Positions 21,871 through 35,427 are shown, counted from the whole stretch's first letter. The stretch is DNA of 63,727 nucleotides, filler included, from Hyphochytrium catenoides (GCA_900088475.1; 10 parts of 10 records of this genome joined end to end with filler, not necessarily neighbours in it), one strand, 5' to 3'. The notes: a model not told the origin generated them from the letters alone. Numbers and translations are program-made.

Positions 21871-24800
21871 GATCTGCAACAGTTAACGGAACTCAGATAA
21901 AATCGGTTCGTCCTTCTTTACAGCTCATGAGGATCTGCTGCACAGGTCACCCGAGGAGGCAGGAAGTTTATGGTCTCACCTACCAGCTGTGTCCTCTTTC
22001 TTTTTCACCGCTTCTTTCTTTGCCTTCGTTGATGATGTCCTTGAACTCCTGAATAAAGAGGATGGACTTTACCAACCGTATTGTTCTCATCATCATCTGC
22101 ATCCGGCTCAAAGGTTGGCAGATTGTGATGCCGCCGTACAGTCTAGTCTGGTCTGTACGGTGGTCTGATGGCTGCTGATTAGCTTGGTTTAGCTTCTCTT
22201 GTAAGCCTTGGTTTCGGCTCTCATCTGCTCGACAAGAAGGTCAGTGAACTGGCAGACTGTTTTCATCTAAGCCAGGATTTGCTAAAGGGTGTTGTGATTC
22301 TCTCGCTGCAGCATATGGATTCCAGGGTTGCGGGTGCTTGTGCGGCTGCAGTTAGGCGGGCTGTTGGTTTCAGCGTCGACTGGTGGGCTTGTGTCCTCAG
22401 GTTGCGGGGTGTTTGGCCCCACGCACTCCCTCCATCAGTGTTGTTGGGGTGCTCCTCTTATTGTTGAGCTTCATTAGGATTGCGGGTGGTTGCTCCTCTT
22501 TTGGAAGGCATCCTCGCTTTAGATTGACGGGAACTGAGAGGTAAGGAGGAACGCAGAGGTCAGTGGTCTCAGCAGAGTTCTGCGCGCACGGCGGCGATGC
22601 GCCATCCATGTAAGGTCAGAATGGCTGGAGAAAAGTCAGAATCGCATTATGTTAGGGCGCTCTTCTTCCAGTAGTTAATGCGAAGTGGGAAAGATCTCAT
22701 TCTGGGTCCCGGGACTTGGAGGATGCCTGACGTGGGGCCTCACACCCCTGACACTACTATTTGCCTGGAAGGCGTTAGCGAAACAAGAGGATTAGCCCAC
22801 TTCTTGGAGTCTGGAAGAGCCAAGAACAGAGAAGCAATGCATAGCGAAGCCAGACAAAGACAACAAGGAAGGAAGCAGCACAAACACGCAAAGAAACATG
22901 TGAAGGCCTTACAACTCTGGATACTCATGAGAAGAAGAACACTAGAAGTAGGTTCAAGCAAGGTGTAGGAGCAAGCAGCAGATGGTTCAGAAGCAAGACA
23001 ACTATAATATAAGAACAACGGCATTTGCCCCATGATCTGGTACAACTACTTGTAGGAGATCCTAGGCGGTTGGCACTTCAAGCGACATTCCTAGGAGACA
23101 CTGGTTTGACAGATAGAACAGAAGCACTGGACTAGATACTCTGGGTTAAACCTAGTGATCACTTCTTTGGACAAGAACATTGAGGCAGCCCACCAACACC
23201 GAAGCCACAAGAAGTCCAGGTTTGAGCTCAGCAGCTTCCCACACACATCTTTTGTTTCTCCATTGTGGAAGCAGAGAGGCAAAGCTGGCTGGCCCTTCCC
23301 GTCTCCTCCATTATCGCTGTGGCAGGATGTGGGGTTTCATCCTCTTTTCTGCACCAAAGTTCTGCTTTTATCGGTACCTGTCAGTGGAAAGGTTAGAGGG
23401 CTAAATAATAGTGGAAAGGATTTTGTTGAAGCAGCAGCAGCAGCACCGCGCGCAGACAGGATCTAGAAGAAGAAAGTCTTGAGGGAGAAACGAGGTAGGC
23501 GCCACTGTTGGGGCGGCATTGCTGCCAACATCATCATGGCTGCAAGAAGGGACGCTACAGAATAATAACAAAGAAGGCAGTGTGTCTGAGAAGAAGGCAT
23601 ACTACGATGATGATGGTAGTAATGTGGAATAGCAGCTTTAGCAGAGCAGTGCACGCCGCCTGAAAAGAATGAAGAATCAGCGAACCCTTCCTCCTGAGTG
23701 ATGGCGCCGGGGAGGTAGTGAGGGGGAGGAGGATCCACACAGCCAGTCATGATCAAAAAGGAGGAGTCCAATGGATTAGGGAAGAGGAAGCCGCAGCATT
23801 ACATAGAGCAGCATACTTTACAATGTATGGTGCCGTAGAGGGCGAAGCATGACATACAAATCATACTAAGATAGGCAGAAGAAGGAGGCAAATGCAAGCA
23901 AAACAGCCGAGCACCAAAGCAAGCAGCAGTCACCAGAGGAGACTCGAGAAAGACCCACAGCCGTACAAAAGAGAGGAGAAGAAAGCACGCCAAGACAGAC
24001 GAGGTTGTCGTGGCGTCTCTCCTCCTCGGCGATAAGCAGCAGCAGCCCCCGCACAACGACCTATCCACTAGTACTATATATATTACAATGCGGCCACCAG
24101 CAGCAGCCGAGCAATGGTGAGCAACGCACTCCAACTCCACGAGAAGACGTGTGTTGCTCAGTAGGCAATGACTAATAGACGCTTGTGATAATGGAATATT
24201 ATAGGTGATGAAATAGAAGAGGCTTACTATTCTCTGGTCAAGGAAGGAAGAGATCCAAGACACGACGGCGTAGAGAGAAAAAAAGAACTAGAGAGGGAAA
24301 GAGGGAGAGAGAAAGAGAAAGAGAGATTGAAAGGGAGAGCCATTGCGGAGCGAGACAGAGACGACAGGTAGACAGGCAAGCGAATATGAAGCCAAAGAAG
24401 AAGAACTTCACCTTCTTCAATCCTCTGCGCTCCCCGCCGCCATGTCCTCCTCCTCCGCAGCAGACAGTGAATGGATCCCTTACCTCGAGGAAGAGTGAGG
24501 AAGAGAGCAGATCTTCGCGGTGGACTTGTGATAGATTGAGAAGAGACAGAGGAGAGGATGACATACGGATGGTGATGATATGGGGCTGCTGGGCGATGGC
24601 GCTGTATACTTCTTCTTCTTATCTTCTTCTTCTCTCTCCTCTCTCTTTTGGTTTCGGTGTCTATCATCTTCGGTGTCTCCACCATAACTCCTTTTGTCCT
24701 GCTAAGCTCTCTTCTCTCTCTCCTTGTCATGCTCTCTCTCTCTCCTTGTCATGTTCTGTCTCTCTCTCTCTCTCCTCTCTCTCTCCTTCTCTCTCTCTTT

Positions 24801-25574
24801 AGTCTATCGTTTCACTAGTCATGCCTCTAATTGTAGACGCGTAGAGAAGAAGAATATCTTTCTCTAATATCCAGGAGGGCAAAGACAGAAGAAAGAGAGA
24901 GAGAAGAAGAAGGAGGCCATCTTGTTAGACACAAGGACAGGAAGGGAGCAGAGGGTGATGGCGAGGACAGGGAAAGAGCCAGAAAGATTCTGAGAAGACT
25001 GGGCGGAGAAGATGTGTTGCCGGTTCACAGAAGAGAAGGGCAAAATAGGGAGTCTTGGGCTGAAGAAAAGTAGAAGAAACAAAGAGGGAAGGGGAAGAAG
25101 AAGATGGATCGTAAGAAAGATAAGAGAAGAAAAGAGAGGAGAGGAGAGGCTCGAGGCTGAGGATGATGCGAGGAGCTAGAGAGAGAGAGAGAGAAAGAGA
25201 GAGANNNNNNNNNNNNNNNNNNNNNNNNNNNNNNNNNNNNNNNNNNNNTTAATTAATTAANNNNNNNNNNNNNNNNNNNNNNNNNNNNNNNNNNNNNNNN
25301 NNNNTCTCTCTCCCCCTCTCTCCCTCTAATTCTTTCTTTTTCTCCCTGCCTCTCTCTCTGTCTATTATCGTCATCCTCCCCTCCAGACTGCTCCTTTCTT
25401 CCCTTCCTCTAGTTTTTGGCTTCTCTCGACAAGCAGTAAAATCTCCATCGTGTCCTTGCCCTCTGAAGGCTTCTCTCTCTTTTGCACCCCTCTTCTTCTC
25501 CTCCCTTCTCCTCCCTGTCTTGATATTGTCGCTCAAACATATTTTCCGGCCTCCTCTCTATCTACATCGCACAG

Positions 25575-28413
25575 ACGCCGACGCATCCGGAGGGCCGTCT
25601 CACTTTCACAGAGGTGGGCCAGGTAGATCCTTCGCTTTTAACGCATGGAAACCAGATCAGCGAGCAGGACCTTGAAGTCCTAGAGCATGTGGCTTCTTTC
25701 TCTTTCAAAGAGAAATATGCCTGGTTCCTGCAGCAGGTAGACGAGAAAAGAAAAGGAGGAGGACAGCGAGAGAAGACAGGGAAAAAGATGTGAAGGATAA
25801 AGGAGTAAAAGAGTTATTAGCCAAAGCCAGAAAGGAGATCATCTTCCAGGACAGTGATGTGCAGAATATTTCTCTCCTGATTCCTTGTCTCTCTCTTGTC
25901 GCTTTGAGGGTTTGCTATCTTCCGCTTCGTTCTCCCTTTGCACTTGGGATCGGAAGAGCGGGGGCGGCGCAAGACCTTAAGTCTCACTCTCTCTCTCTCT
26001 CTCTCTCTCCTCTTCTCCGTGTACCGTGTAGACTGCTGCACTGATGAAGCCATGGGAAGAGGGTCACCTGAAAATGCGTGTGAATCGTTCGAATATCTTG
26101 GTAGAGTCCATGGAGCAACTTCTCGGAGTTCAGCCTGAGCACATTCACATGCCTCTGCGGATAGAGTTTATAGGTACCTCCGACTCTCCCTTGCAGCTCT
26201 CCCCATTAGTCTCTCCCCATGTCTCCTACCCTTTTAAGAAGCGGGAGACTTTTATCTCCTCTTCTGCCTCTCGCTCTGTCCTTCTCCCAGTCAGCGATTA
26301 TTTCTGTCTGGCTGTTTTCTTTCCCCCTTGTAGCCCGATTCCTCTTGTCGCTTCACTGCTAGTAGTGCTAACTATATCTCTCTTCTGCTCTCTACTCTCC
26401 TTTTGCCCACAGGGGAGGCCGGCATAGATGCGGGAGGAGTGGAGCGGGAATGGTTCGAGCTGCTGACAGAAAGTCTGTTCGATGAGTCTATTGGACTCTT
26501 CCGCTGTGCGCACGTGGAAAACCTTAGCTACGTCATCAATCCATCGTCCGCTGATGCCAGCGTCGATCACTTGCTGTACTTTAGAGGAGCAGGTGAGAGA
26601 GAGTAGTAACTGGGAAGAGAGAGGGCGATGTTAGCGATAAAAGAGAGAGAGAGAGATACAGAGAGAGAGAGAGAGAGAGAAATAGAGAAATTAGACGGTT
26701 AGAGTAGACAAGAGAAGTGAGTACCACGCAGAGAGAAAGAGATAGGAAGATACCTTCAAAATCTGATTGGGAACAGGAAGAGATTTGTGTTACTCTGGTC
26801 TCCAACCTTTCTCCTTCATAACCTCATTCTCCATCTTCTCTCCTTCTTATAGGACGGCTGATCGGCCGGGCCTTGCTCGAGGGCCAGCTGATGAAAGCCC
26901 ATCTGGCGCTGCCAATGCTGAAGCATCTGTTAGGTGTTCCCATCTCTTTCTTCGATTTGGAGTTCGTGGACGGAGAAGTGTTCAGAAATCTGAAGTGGCT
27001 CAAGGAGAACGCGGGCGTCGAGGCGCTTTGTTTGGACTTTTCCGTCACGCAGGAGCACGCGGGAGGAGAGGCGCAGGTGGTTGACCTTAAGCCAAACGGA
27101 AGGAATATCGAGGTAAGCAGAATGCGTTGCGGGCGAGAAAGGAAGAGTGCAGCTTTCAAGGCTATCATGTCGCTTCTCTTTCAGTTTGAGGCTTCTTCTC
27201 GAAAGGGCTAGCTGTTCATTCTGCCTCCTTCCAGATACCTCGCTCTTCTCTCTCTCTCTCTCTTTCACTCACTCTCTCTCTCTCTTCTCTCCCTAAAAGG
27301 TGACCGATGAGAACAAACAGGAGTACGTCTATCTCAGACTCCGCTGGATGATGTTGGACTCCATCTCCGAACAGCTCAAGAACCTCCTCACCGGCATCTT
27401 CGATGTAAGGGCAAACGGATTCAATCAAATGAATCAAATGGGGGTTTATGTTCCTTTTTAGTTTTTCTTCCCCCCCTGTGAATAGCATCTCTCGCATCGA
27501 GCGAGTCCGTAGGGGAACGCACGCCTCATTCACGTCCTATGGCCTTGCACATCTCCTCATCTCTCTCTTTTTCTCTCTCTCTCTCTCTGTCTCTCTGTCT
27601 GTCTGTCTGTCTCTCTCTCTTTCTCTGTCTTTGGCTCTCTCGCTGTCTCTCTCTCTCTCCTCCTCTGTTATCAACCACTTCAGAAACTTGTCTAATCTCC
27701 TCACCTTTCCTCTTTATCCCTGCGCGTTAGGTCATACCGCAGGAGCTGTTGCTGGTGTTTGACTATCAGGAGCTGGAGCTCGTTCTTTGTGGCGTACCCG
27801 AGATTGATGTGGACGACTGGGAGAAATTCACTATCGCCAGTGATGATTTCCCTCCAGACCTGCTCAAGTGGTAAGAGCAGCAGGAAAGACACGAAGAGAG
27901 AGAGTGAGGGAGAGAATGACTAGTGTGGAAGGCTTCTCTTTTCCTCTGCCTTGGGTGGCTATCTATACACCTATCTTTTATTACTTGTGGAATCTCTCTC
28001 TCTTTCGAACCTGTTTGCTCTTCTCTCTCTCTCTCTCTCTCGCCCGCCGCTCTCTCTCTCGCTCTCTGTCTTGGAGTTGTTCCCTTTAGCACAACATTGA
28101 CACATGCTGCTCTTGCTTTTAAAGGTACTGGGAGGTAGTGCGCTCATTTTCTTATGAAGAGAGAGCGAAGCTTCTACAGTTCGCCACTGGAAGCTCCCGC
28201 GTCCCTGTCCAGGGCTTCAAGGCCCTGACTTCTTATGACGGGAGAGTCTGCCAGTTCACCCTCAGAGCGATTCCTTACGACAGTCACTCCTTCCCAAGGG
28301 CACACACGTGCTTCAACAGGATAGATCTGCCTCTCTATACTACGAAAGAGGAGCTAGAGACGCACATGTCCCTGGTGATCAACCTTGAAGTGACGGGCTT
28401 CACGGATGAGTAA
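25575..28413 (+). CDS. HECT-domain E3 ubiquitin ligase (NEDD4-like HECT), 5'-partial, at least 7 exons
   Basis: LRIEFIGEAGIDAGGVEREWF, LKPNGRNIEVTDENKQEYV, FDYQELELVLCGVPEIDVDDW, LLQFATGSSRVPVQGFKAL and catalytic FPRAHTCFNRIDLP; GT-AG introns. Confidence 0.95.
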
Positions 28414-29050
28414 GAGTGAGGCAAGGAGAAGCAAGGAGCTGGTAGACGGTGGTTATTATATGTTTTATCAAGCTAACTGCGCATTGTCGATGACAGAGGA
28501 GGAAGGAGACCCTGACGCTTCCCTGGAGAACCAGTTCCCATCTTTAAAGCATATGCTGGCAATGCACCTAGTTCAAAAAGGGAGACGCACCGAGAGAGAG
28601 AGCAAGAGAGAAAGAGAGAGAGACCTTACTCTTCTATAAAGAAAAAAGAGAATGAACCTTCACTAAGGCAGCAATTGCTACGTATGGGTCCATCCTAGTA
28701 CAAGCAGTGTATCCGAGCAGGAAGAAAGAGGGAGGAAAATGAGGATGGGGAGGGCCCATTGCCAACCGTAGGAGATGGGAAAGGCGAGAGAGAGAGAAAG
28801 AGAAGAAGAAAAAGCTTCATCACGCAAGCGTCCCACCGCGCTTTATTGCCCTGTTGTAGTTGTTAGTTTGGTGTCAGTGGCCGTTAGCGGCAACGGAGAT
28901 GGGAGCACCAAAGGACACAGGAGACGGAGGGAAAAGGAAAACAAAGAACAGAGAGAAGAGAGAGAGAGGGAGAGAGAGAGACAGAGACAGCGAGAGAGAG
29001 GGAGGGAGAGAGANNNNNNNNNNNNNNNNNNNNNNNNNNNNNNNNNNNNN

Positions 29051-29081
<31 letters not shown>

Positions 29082-29554
29082 AAAGGTTCTCATCTTGTCC
29101 CTGTCTTCCATGCGCCATGGTGGGAGATGAACCATGCATTTAGCACGAGATGATCGTCACTGCAAGACGGAGGCGGGCAAGGGAGAGAAGAGAGAGAGAG
29201 ACTAAGGATAGCTGCTTGCCTCTTACCCTCACCCGTGCGGGAAAGAAGCTGAGGGAGAGAGAGACTGACACGGGAACGAGGAACACTTTGCACCGGCATC
29301 CTCTCTTCTTCTGGGAATCTCTCTCCTCTGGACCCTCACGTCTGCTGGCATCTTCACAGGCGTCTTGCATTCTCAACTCCGTGCTTCCTGGGTAGTCCAA
29401 GCTCGTTGTCTCTCCCTTTCTCTGTTTCTCTCTCTGTCTGGCTGTCTCTCTTCTCTTTCCTCTACCTTCCCTTCTTCTCTCTTCTGGCTCTTCTGGCTCT
29501 CTCCCCCTTCCTTTCCCCCTTCTCTCTCTCTCTTTTCCCCTGCTGTCCTCCATC

Positions 29555-29893
29555 ATGTTTGAGAGTATAAACAACGCTATTTCCTCTCTCTTCGGCTTCT
29601 ACGGCCTGGCGTACGTCGCTCTCTTCTACCTCGTGGTCTATCTCTTTCTCGCAGGAACCTTCCTCCTGCTGCACGATATGTTCCTTAAAGACCCAGAGTC
29701 GTCTCTCTCTCTCTCTCCCTCTTCTTCTCCTCTCTCTCCGGAAGATAAGGAGACATCCACGTTCCGCTGGCTAACACACAGAGCGAAGATTGTCAATGAG
29801 AAGTTCCAGAGAGCGATGGAAGAAAAGTTTGAGCATCTTCCCGGAGACGACGAGGAAGATGACGAGGATGCACTCCCTTACAAGGAAGACTAA
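29555..29893 (+). CDS. Small single-pass membrane protein of unknown function (112 aa)
   Basis: ATG after a CT-rich leader; hydrophobic FYGLAYVALFYLVVYLFLAGTFLLL, acidic tail; mostly non-repeat coding-like sequence between microsatellite tracts. Confidence 0.6.
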   Translation: MFESINNAISSLFGFYGLAYVALFYLVVYLFLAGTFLLLHDMFLKDPESSLSLSPSSSPLSPEDKETSTFRWLTHRAKIVNEKFQRAMEEKFEHLPGDDEEDDEDALPYKED

Positions 29894-30258
29894 TAACCAA
29901 GGGGGAGAGAGAGAGAGAAAGAGAGAAGAAAAGAGAGAAAGAGAAGGCAGCGAAAGAGAGGCAGACACACGACCGAGAGGCTTACTATCCTGGTACAACG
30001 GAGCAAGGCCAAAGGTTGAATGAAGGCACATCAGGGAGGAAGTGAGGAAACGTATGAGAAGAAAGGACTATCTCATCTCCAGTTCGGCTAATCCAAGCTC
30101 CTTTCTCTCTCTCTCTCTCTCTCTCGTGTGCGGTGTTCAATCCCTGACGGGTTTGGGACTGCAGACTCCAAACAAAGTGCAGCTAAAAGAGCTCTGAATT
30201 ATAGTTTACGGCGTCCGTACACCACACCTCTCCTTCTGTTCCACAGGCTTCTTCTTCT

Positions 30259-30301
<43 letters not shown>

Positions 30302-30330
30302 CCACGCATTCTTCCCCACGGCACGAGGAA

Positions 30331-33300
30331 CTAGAAGAACTCCTTAAAGTCATACACATCGCTCTCCTCCTTCTTCCCTGACTTGGTGGCTGCTTTGCTC
30401 TTCACCGGCTTTGACGGCTTCTTGGCAAGCTTCTTCTCTTCTTTTTTTGTTCCTCTCTTGCCAATCGTCTTCTCTTCTTTTCTCCTTCCTTTCTCCTCCT
30501 CTTTCTTGTTCTTCTCAGCTTCTGGTGCTGCTAAACGGGCCGAACGTCTCCTCTTCGCTGCAGGAACGACGGGCTCTTCCTCTTCTTCTTCTTCCTCCTC
30601 ACTCTCTTCTTCTGCCTCCTCTTCTTCGCCTTCTTCACTGTCTTCTTCGTCTTCGCCCTCAATTTCCGCCTCTGACACTTCTTCTTCCTCTTCCTCGTCG
30701 CTTCCTTCCCTGTCTTCTCTCTCCTGTCTCTCTCTTGGCTCCATGAGGCTGTCATACTCGTCGGTAGAAGCGCTGATATTGCTCTTTACTATGGGCCGAA
30801 GTGCAATCGCCTCATCAAACTTCTTTGCACTTTTTGCTCTCTCTCTAAAGAGCTTCTGCTGCACCTCTTCCACCTGTCCGAGGAGAGAGATATAGAGAAG
30901 AAAGAAGAGGAGAGAGAGAGAGAGAGAAAGGCGAGGAACAGAGAGACAGAGAAGCGTTAACTTCTAGAAGACGTCGACAGAGCAAGGAAGAAAGAGAAAT
31001 AGACCAAGTTTATCGCTCGCCCTCTTCACTCGCAGCTTCCGACTTTTTTCCTCATGGTCTCTCCTGCCTCCTGCATGGGTCTCATTCTCTCTCTTTTTCT
31101 TTCTCGCTCTCTCCCCGTTCTGTCTGTCTCTCTCTTTCTCTCTCTCTCTCTTTTTCCTCTTTTATTCCTCTCACCTCCTCGGCAGCCGCTTCTGTGTACC
31201 ACTCTGGCATCTCAAACTTGTCTGCACTGGGCGCTGGAGGCTTTACATAGAAGGCGCGACGTCCGGAGCCCCACTCAGAGAAGAGAAATCGCGCCGCTCC
31301 CATGAGGTCCGGCTCCCCGCCTGACCGCAAGATACCTTTGGAGACGAGAATGAGGCCAAGCAAAACAAAAGAGAGAGATATAAAGATCGGAGAGAGAGAG
31401 AGAGAGACAGAAAAAGAGAAGGAGGATGAACACTTGGGGACTGGGAGTGGTCTGGATGGATAGAGTGAGATACGAGGAAGAATGGGAGAAGACGAGAAAA
31501 TCGTGATCCGTTATGTCTCTGTCTGTCTCTCTCTTTCTGTCTTCCCCTTTCTCTCCCTCTCTCCCATAGTGACTCCCTCTTTTTCAAGGCAACCCTTTTC
31601 CCGGTACCGTTGCTCTCACTGTCAACTCTTTTACCTTTCTTCTTAGCCACGAGAGAGAGAAACTCCTCTCCCGACTTGAAGTTGGGAAGCTTGTACGCCG
31701 TCATGATGTCCAGCTTTTCGCATCTCTCCAGCACCGGGACAAAGCTGCTGACAGCCTCTCCTGCGTGCTCTCCAGCGATGGAAAAGAGAAGGAGAGAGGC
31801 TTGCGGATCTGCTGCATGGAGAGGCAGAGGCGGCGTGTCTATCAGAGTGATGTTCCCTTCGATCTGAGCAGAGAGGCGGGTGCTTGTGGTCTTGGCTGCA
31901 GGAGAGAACATCAGATGGGAGAGAGATTAGTCCACGCAGCGATGGGGCAGAGGACAGCAGTCATTCAGTCAGAAAAGAGAGAGAGAGAGAGAGAAAGAAA
32001 GTGAAAGTACTTATGAGGCTCAAGAAAGTAGCAGGAGAAGAGAAAACGCGCCGAAAGGAACGAGAGACGAGGACAAGGGAGATGGTGATAAGCAGGGTGA
32101 GAGAGATGAGCTAATCTGAGAGCATGAGAATGGGAAAGAGAGAGAGAGTGAGTGCGAGCGAGCGGGAGAGAGAGAGAGAGTGCGAGAGAGCGCGCGAGAG
32201 AGAGAGGAGTAGAGAGATCTTACCCGCTCTAGCGACCGTAGCAACGTTAGCGCGGTGGAGAGAGTTGAAGAGACTNNNNNNNNNNNNNNNNNNNNNNNNN
32301 NNNNNNNNNNNNNNNNNNNNNNNNNNNNNNNNNNNNNNNNNNNNNNNNNNNNNNNNNNNGAGGTACTTCAGCCACTGGAGAAGGGAAGACGTCAATTTCT
32401 GTGTCACTTCTTCTCTCCCTCTCTCTCTCTCTCCGTCTGCCCTTCTTTCTCTCGTTCTCTGTCAGCATCTCTCACTCTTCGTTTTGTCCCTCTTTCTCCT
32501 CTTCTTCTTTTCTCTCTCTCTTCTTCCTTCGACTGCCCTTTTCCTTTTTCTCTCTATGCCAGCTGGTTATCTATCCACTCTACGTATCTCTCTCCGTGTC
32601 TTCTCTCTCTTTCTCTTCCCATCTCTCAGCCTGCTTCATCTCTAAACGTCTTTACAATTCGCACTCTCTCTCTCCCCCTCTCTCTCTCTCTTGCTTTCTT
32701 TTTTTTCTCGGTCTCCGTTCTTTCTCTCTCTCTCTCTCTGCCTCTCCCTCTCTTGTCGCCATCCCTTACCTTTTCTGCGACGGAGGTGGGGACCAAATCC
32801 ACCTTGTTCAGCACCAAGATGACCTTCTTCTTTCCCTTCAAGAGCAGCCCGTTCTCAAGAGAGAGAGGTCGACATCCCAAGGGATCGCGGGCATCCAGGA
32901 CCACGAGGACCAGATCTGAGTCATTCACTGCTGTCCGGAGCTCAAGCTCCATCAGCTGCTCGCGGCTAAGAGAAGGAGAGAGACTCTGTTCAACTCTCTC
33001 TCTCTCCTGCTTTCGCTCTTTCTTGGACTGTAGCTTTAGTTTGGCTTTCTCTTTCTTCTTTCTCTCTTTCTCAGCGGCCTTAGCTGCCTCTTGGGCCTGC
33101 TTGGTAGCCTCGATCTGCTTGAGAAGCTCCTCTTTGAAGGGCCAGGAGTTGGGAATGCCTGGATCCTTAGGCTTCTTCTTCTTCAGCGCGTCTTTCCTTG
33201 CATTCTTCCGTGCTTTACGGTTGTGCTCTCTCACCTTCTTGGCGATCTTATATTTCTGGTGCAAGGTAACACGCTTGCTCTTACTCTTCTTCCGCACCAT
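30331..33300 (-). CDS. GNL3: Nucleostemin/GNL3/NUG1-like circularly permuted GTPase (G1 region falls in the N gap)
   Basis: Grn1-type N-terminus MVRKKSKSKRVTLHQKYKIAKKVREH...KDPGIPNSWPFKEELL; VLDARDPLGCR, VLNKVDLVP (G4), WLKYL, SLFNSL, KKGILRSGGEPD; acidic C-terminal tail. Confidence 0.9.
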
Positions 33301-34066
33301 TTTGCCTCACTGTAGGGCGAGATGAGCCACAGAGGGGAAGAAGACAGAGAGAGAGAGAGAGAAAGGGAGAGAGAGAAAAAGAGACTACGAATGAGGCAGG
33401 GGAAGAGCGAGGGGAAGAGAGAGAGAGAGAGAAGGAGAGAGGGAGACACAACTACGATTAGACTTCAGTATGAAGAAGAGCAGCGGCTGATGCTGGCGGA
33501 GCTCAAGAGCTAACTCAGGCACAATGAAAAGGATGCCCTTCCCTTCCCTTTCTCCTCGCAGTCTTCAGATTAATAAAGCTCAGACTCTGATGGAGCAAAG
33601 CGGCGCACAAAGAGATTTTAAGAGAGAAAAAGAGAGAGAAGAGAGGGGCAGAGAAAGAGAGGAAAGGAGGAGGCAAGGGAGAGACAGCGAGAGAGAGGAG
33701 AGAGAAAGAGAGAGAGCGGTCGGGGGTGGAGAGACATAGAGAGAGAGAGAGAGAGAGAGGGAGGAGGTTCGCATCGCTTCTCAAAGCTCCTGACAGACGT
33801 TATTGGTTGGAGGAGCCCAGGTCATCTATGTTCTGAATAAATAACAATGCTCATTCGGAACAGTTACCTTCAGAGTGTGGGAATTCGCAATTGGAATCAT
33901 TGTTAGTAAATACATGCTACAGTGTGCGGTATGCAGTAAGTCATTCGACATGTATTGTGTTTTCTCTCAGTATTCTCGGATATTCCAAATAGATCGATTC
34001 TGATGCTGGTCTCTATTCTCAAAAGGACAACCTTTCTTCCACTCCATCAGAGGGAGAGAGGAAGAG

Positions 34067-34099
<33 letters not shown>

Positions 34100-34569
34100 N
34101 NNNNNNNNNNNNNNNNNNNNNNNNNNNNNNNNNNNNNNNNNNNNNNNNNNNNNNNNNNNNNNNNNNNNNNNNNNNNNNNNNNNNNNNNNNNNNNNNNNNN
34201 NNNNNNNNNNNNNNNNNNNNNNNGAGAGAGAGAGAGAGCGAGAGAGAAAGAGAGAGAAAAAGAGAGAGAGAAAGAGGGAGTGAGAGGGAGGGCGAAGACG
34301 ATTGAGAGAACGGAGGAAGGAAAGACTACAAGATAATCAAAGAAAGAGAGGAGAGACGAAGCGAGAAGGGAGAGGGGAACAGTTTTTGAGACAGAAAGTC
34401 TAGGAAGATGAGCTCTCCTCTTCATAAGCAACAAGGACGAGGGAGAGGACGTCCTCAAGCCGAGAGATAAGAAGAGACAGCCCAGATAAGTCGGACAGTT
34501 GGAGCGTGTCCATCCACAGCGGAGAGCAGAAGGCAGACGGACGGAGTCTCTTCCCAGAAGCTGCCACAG

Positions 34570-35427
34570 ATGGCGCCTCGTCTCCTTCTCTCTTTAGGGA
34601 GACGCCTCTCCCGACCTCCCTCTCTTCCTTTCTCCTCTCTTTCTCTTCAGCAGATCGCTACCTTCGCCTCTTCCTCCACTGTCTCTCCCTCGAGGAAGAG
34701 AGGAAGAGACGCTGCCGGGAAAGTTGAGAAGGAGAGAATCGCGCCGAGAGGCAGAAGAGAAGAGAGAAAGCCAGAGCTACGAAGAGATGACGGGAAAGGC
34801 GCGTTCACTCTCTTCTCTGATGGCTCTGCCTCTCCCAACCCAGGCCACGGAGGGCTAGGCTTCCTTCTGATCAATGAGAAAGGGGACGTAGTGCGAGCCA
34901 GAGCGGAGTACGCGGGGGAGCAGATCTCTAACAATGAAGCGGAGTACCGGGCGCTGATCTTGGGGATGAGAGAGGCGCTGGAGGCGGGCGCCAACAGACT
35001 GCAAGTCTATCTGGACTCCCAGCTTGTCTGCAGGCAGGTCAAGAGAGAGTACGAGGTAGAAGAAAATCTTCCTCTGTCTCTGGTCTTCCCTATTCCTTGT
35101 CTCTCTCTCTCTCTCCTTCTAGAAGGAATCCTCATCTCGCCTCTTCTTTCTAGTTCGTCTGTCTCATCGTCCTCTTCTCTCTCTCTCTCTTCGGTCTAGG
35201 TCAAGGCTCCTAACATGGCTAGTCTATTGAAAGAGGCAATGGCACTTCAAGGCCGCTTTCAATACTTCTCCATCTCTTACATCGACAGAGGAAGGAACCA
35301 GGTCGCCAATGACCTCGCCAATGCGGGGAGAAAGGGAGGAAAGACCAGACAGGGTACAGAGGAAGCTGTGGCATCGATCGTTAAGCGCGTGAAGACGGAA
35401 GTTCAGACCAGTGAACAGGCAATATGA
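34570..35427 (+). CDS. Ribonuclease HI, archaeal/bacterial (plant-like) type, with putative mitochondrial presequence; exons 34570-35055, 35200-35427
   Basis: FSDGSASPNPG, SNNEAEYRALILG, YLDSQLVCRQVKREYE|VK, IDRGRNQVANDLAN; R/L/S-rich, acid-free N-terminus. Confidence 0.9.

Noticed and set aside
22600-23460. Possible Penelope-like retroelement remnant (LVITSLDKN resembles the xDK motif preceding RT)
   Set aside because: Only one short motif; no RT catalytic motif or GIY-YIG domain found.
23460-25204. ORFs 23799-24263, 24227-24730 and 24386-24802
   Set aside because: Low-complexity, overlapping on both strands, with no recognisable domain or consistent splice structure.
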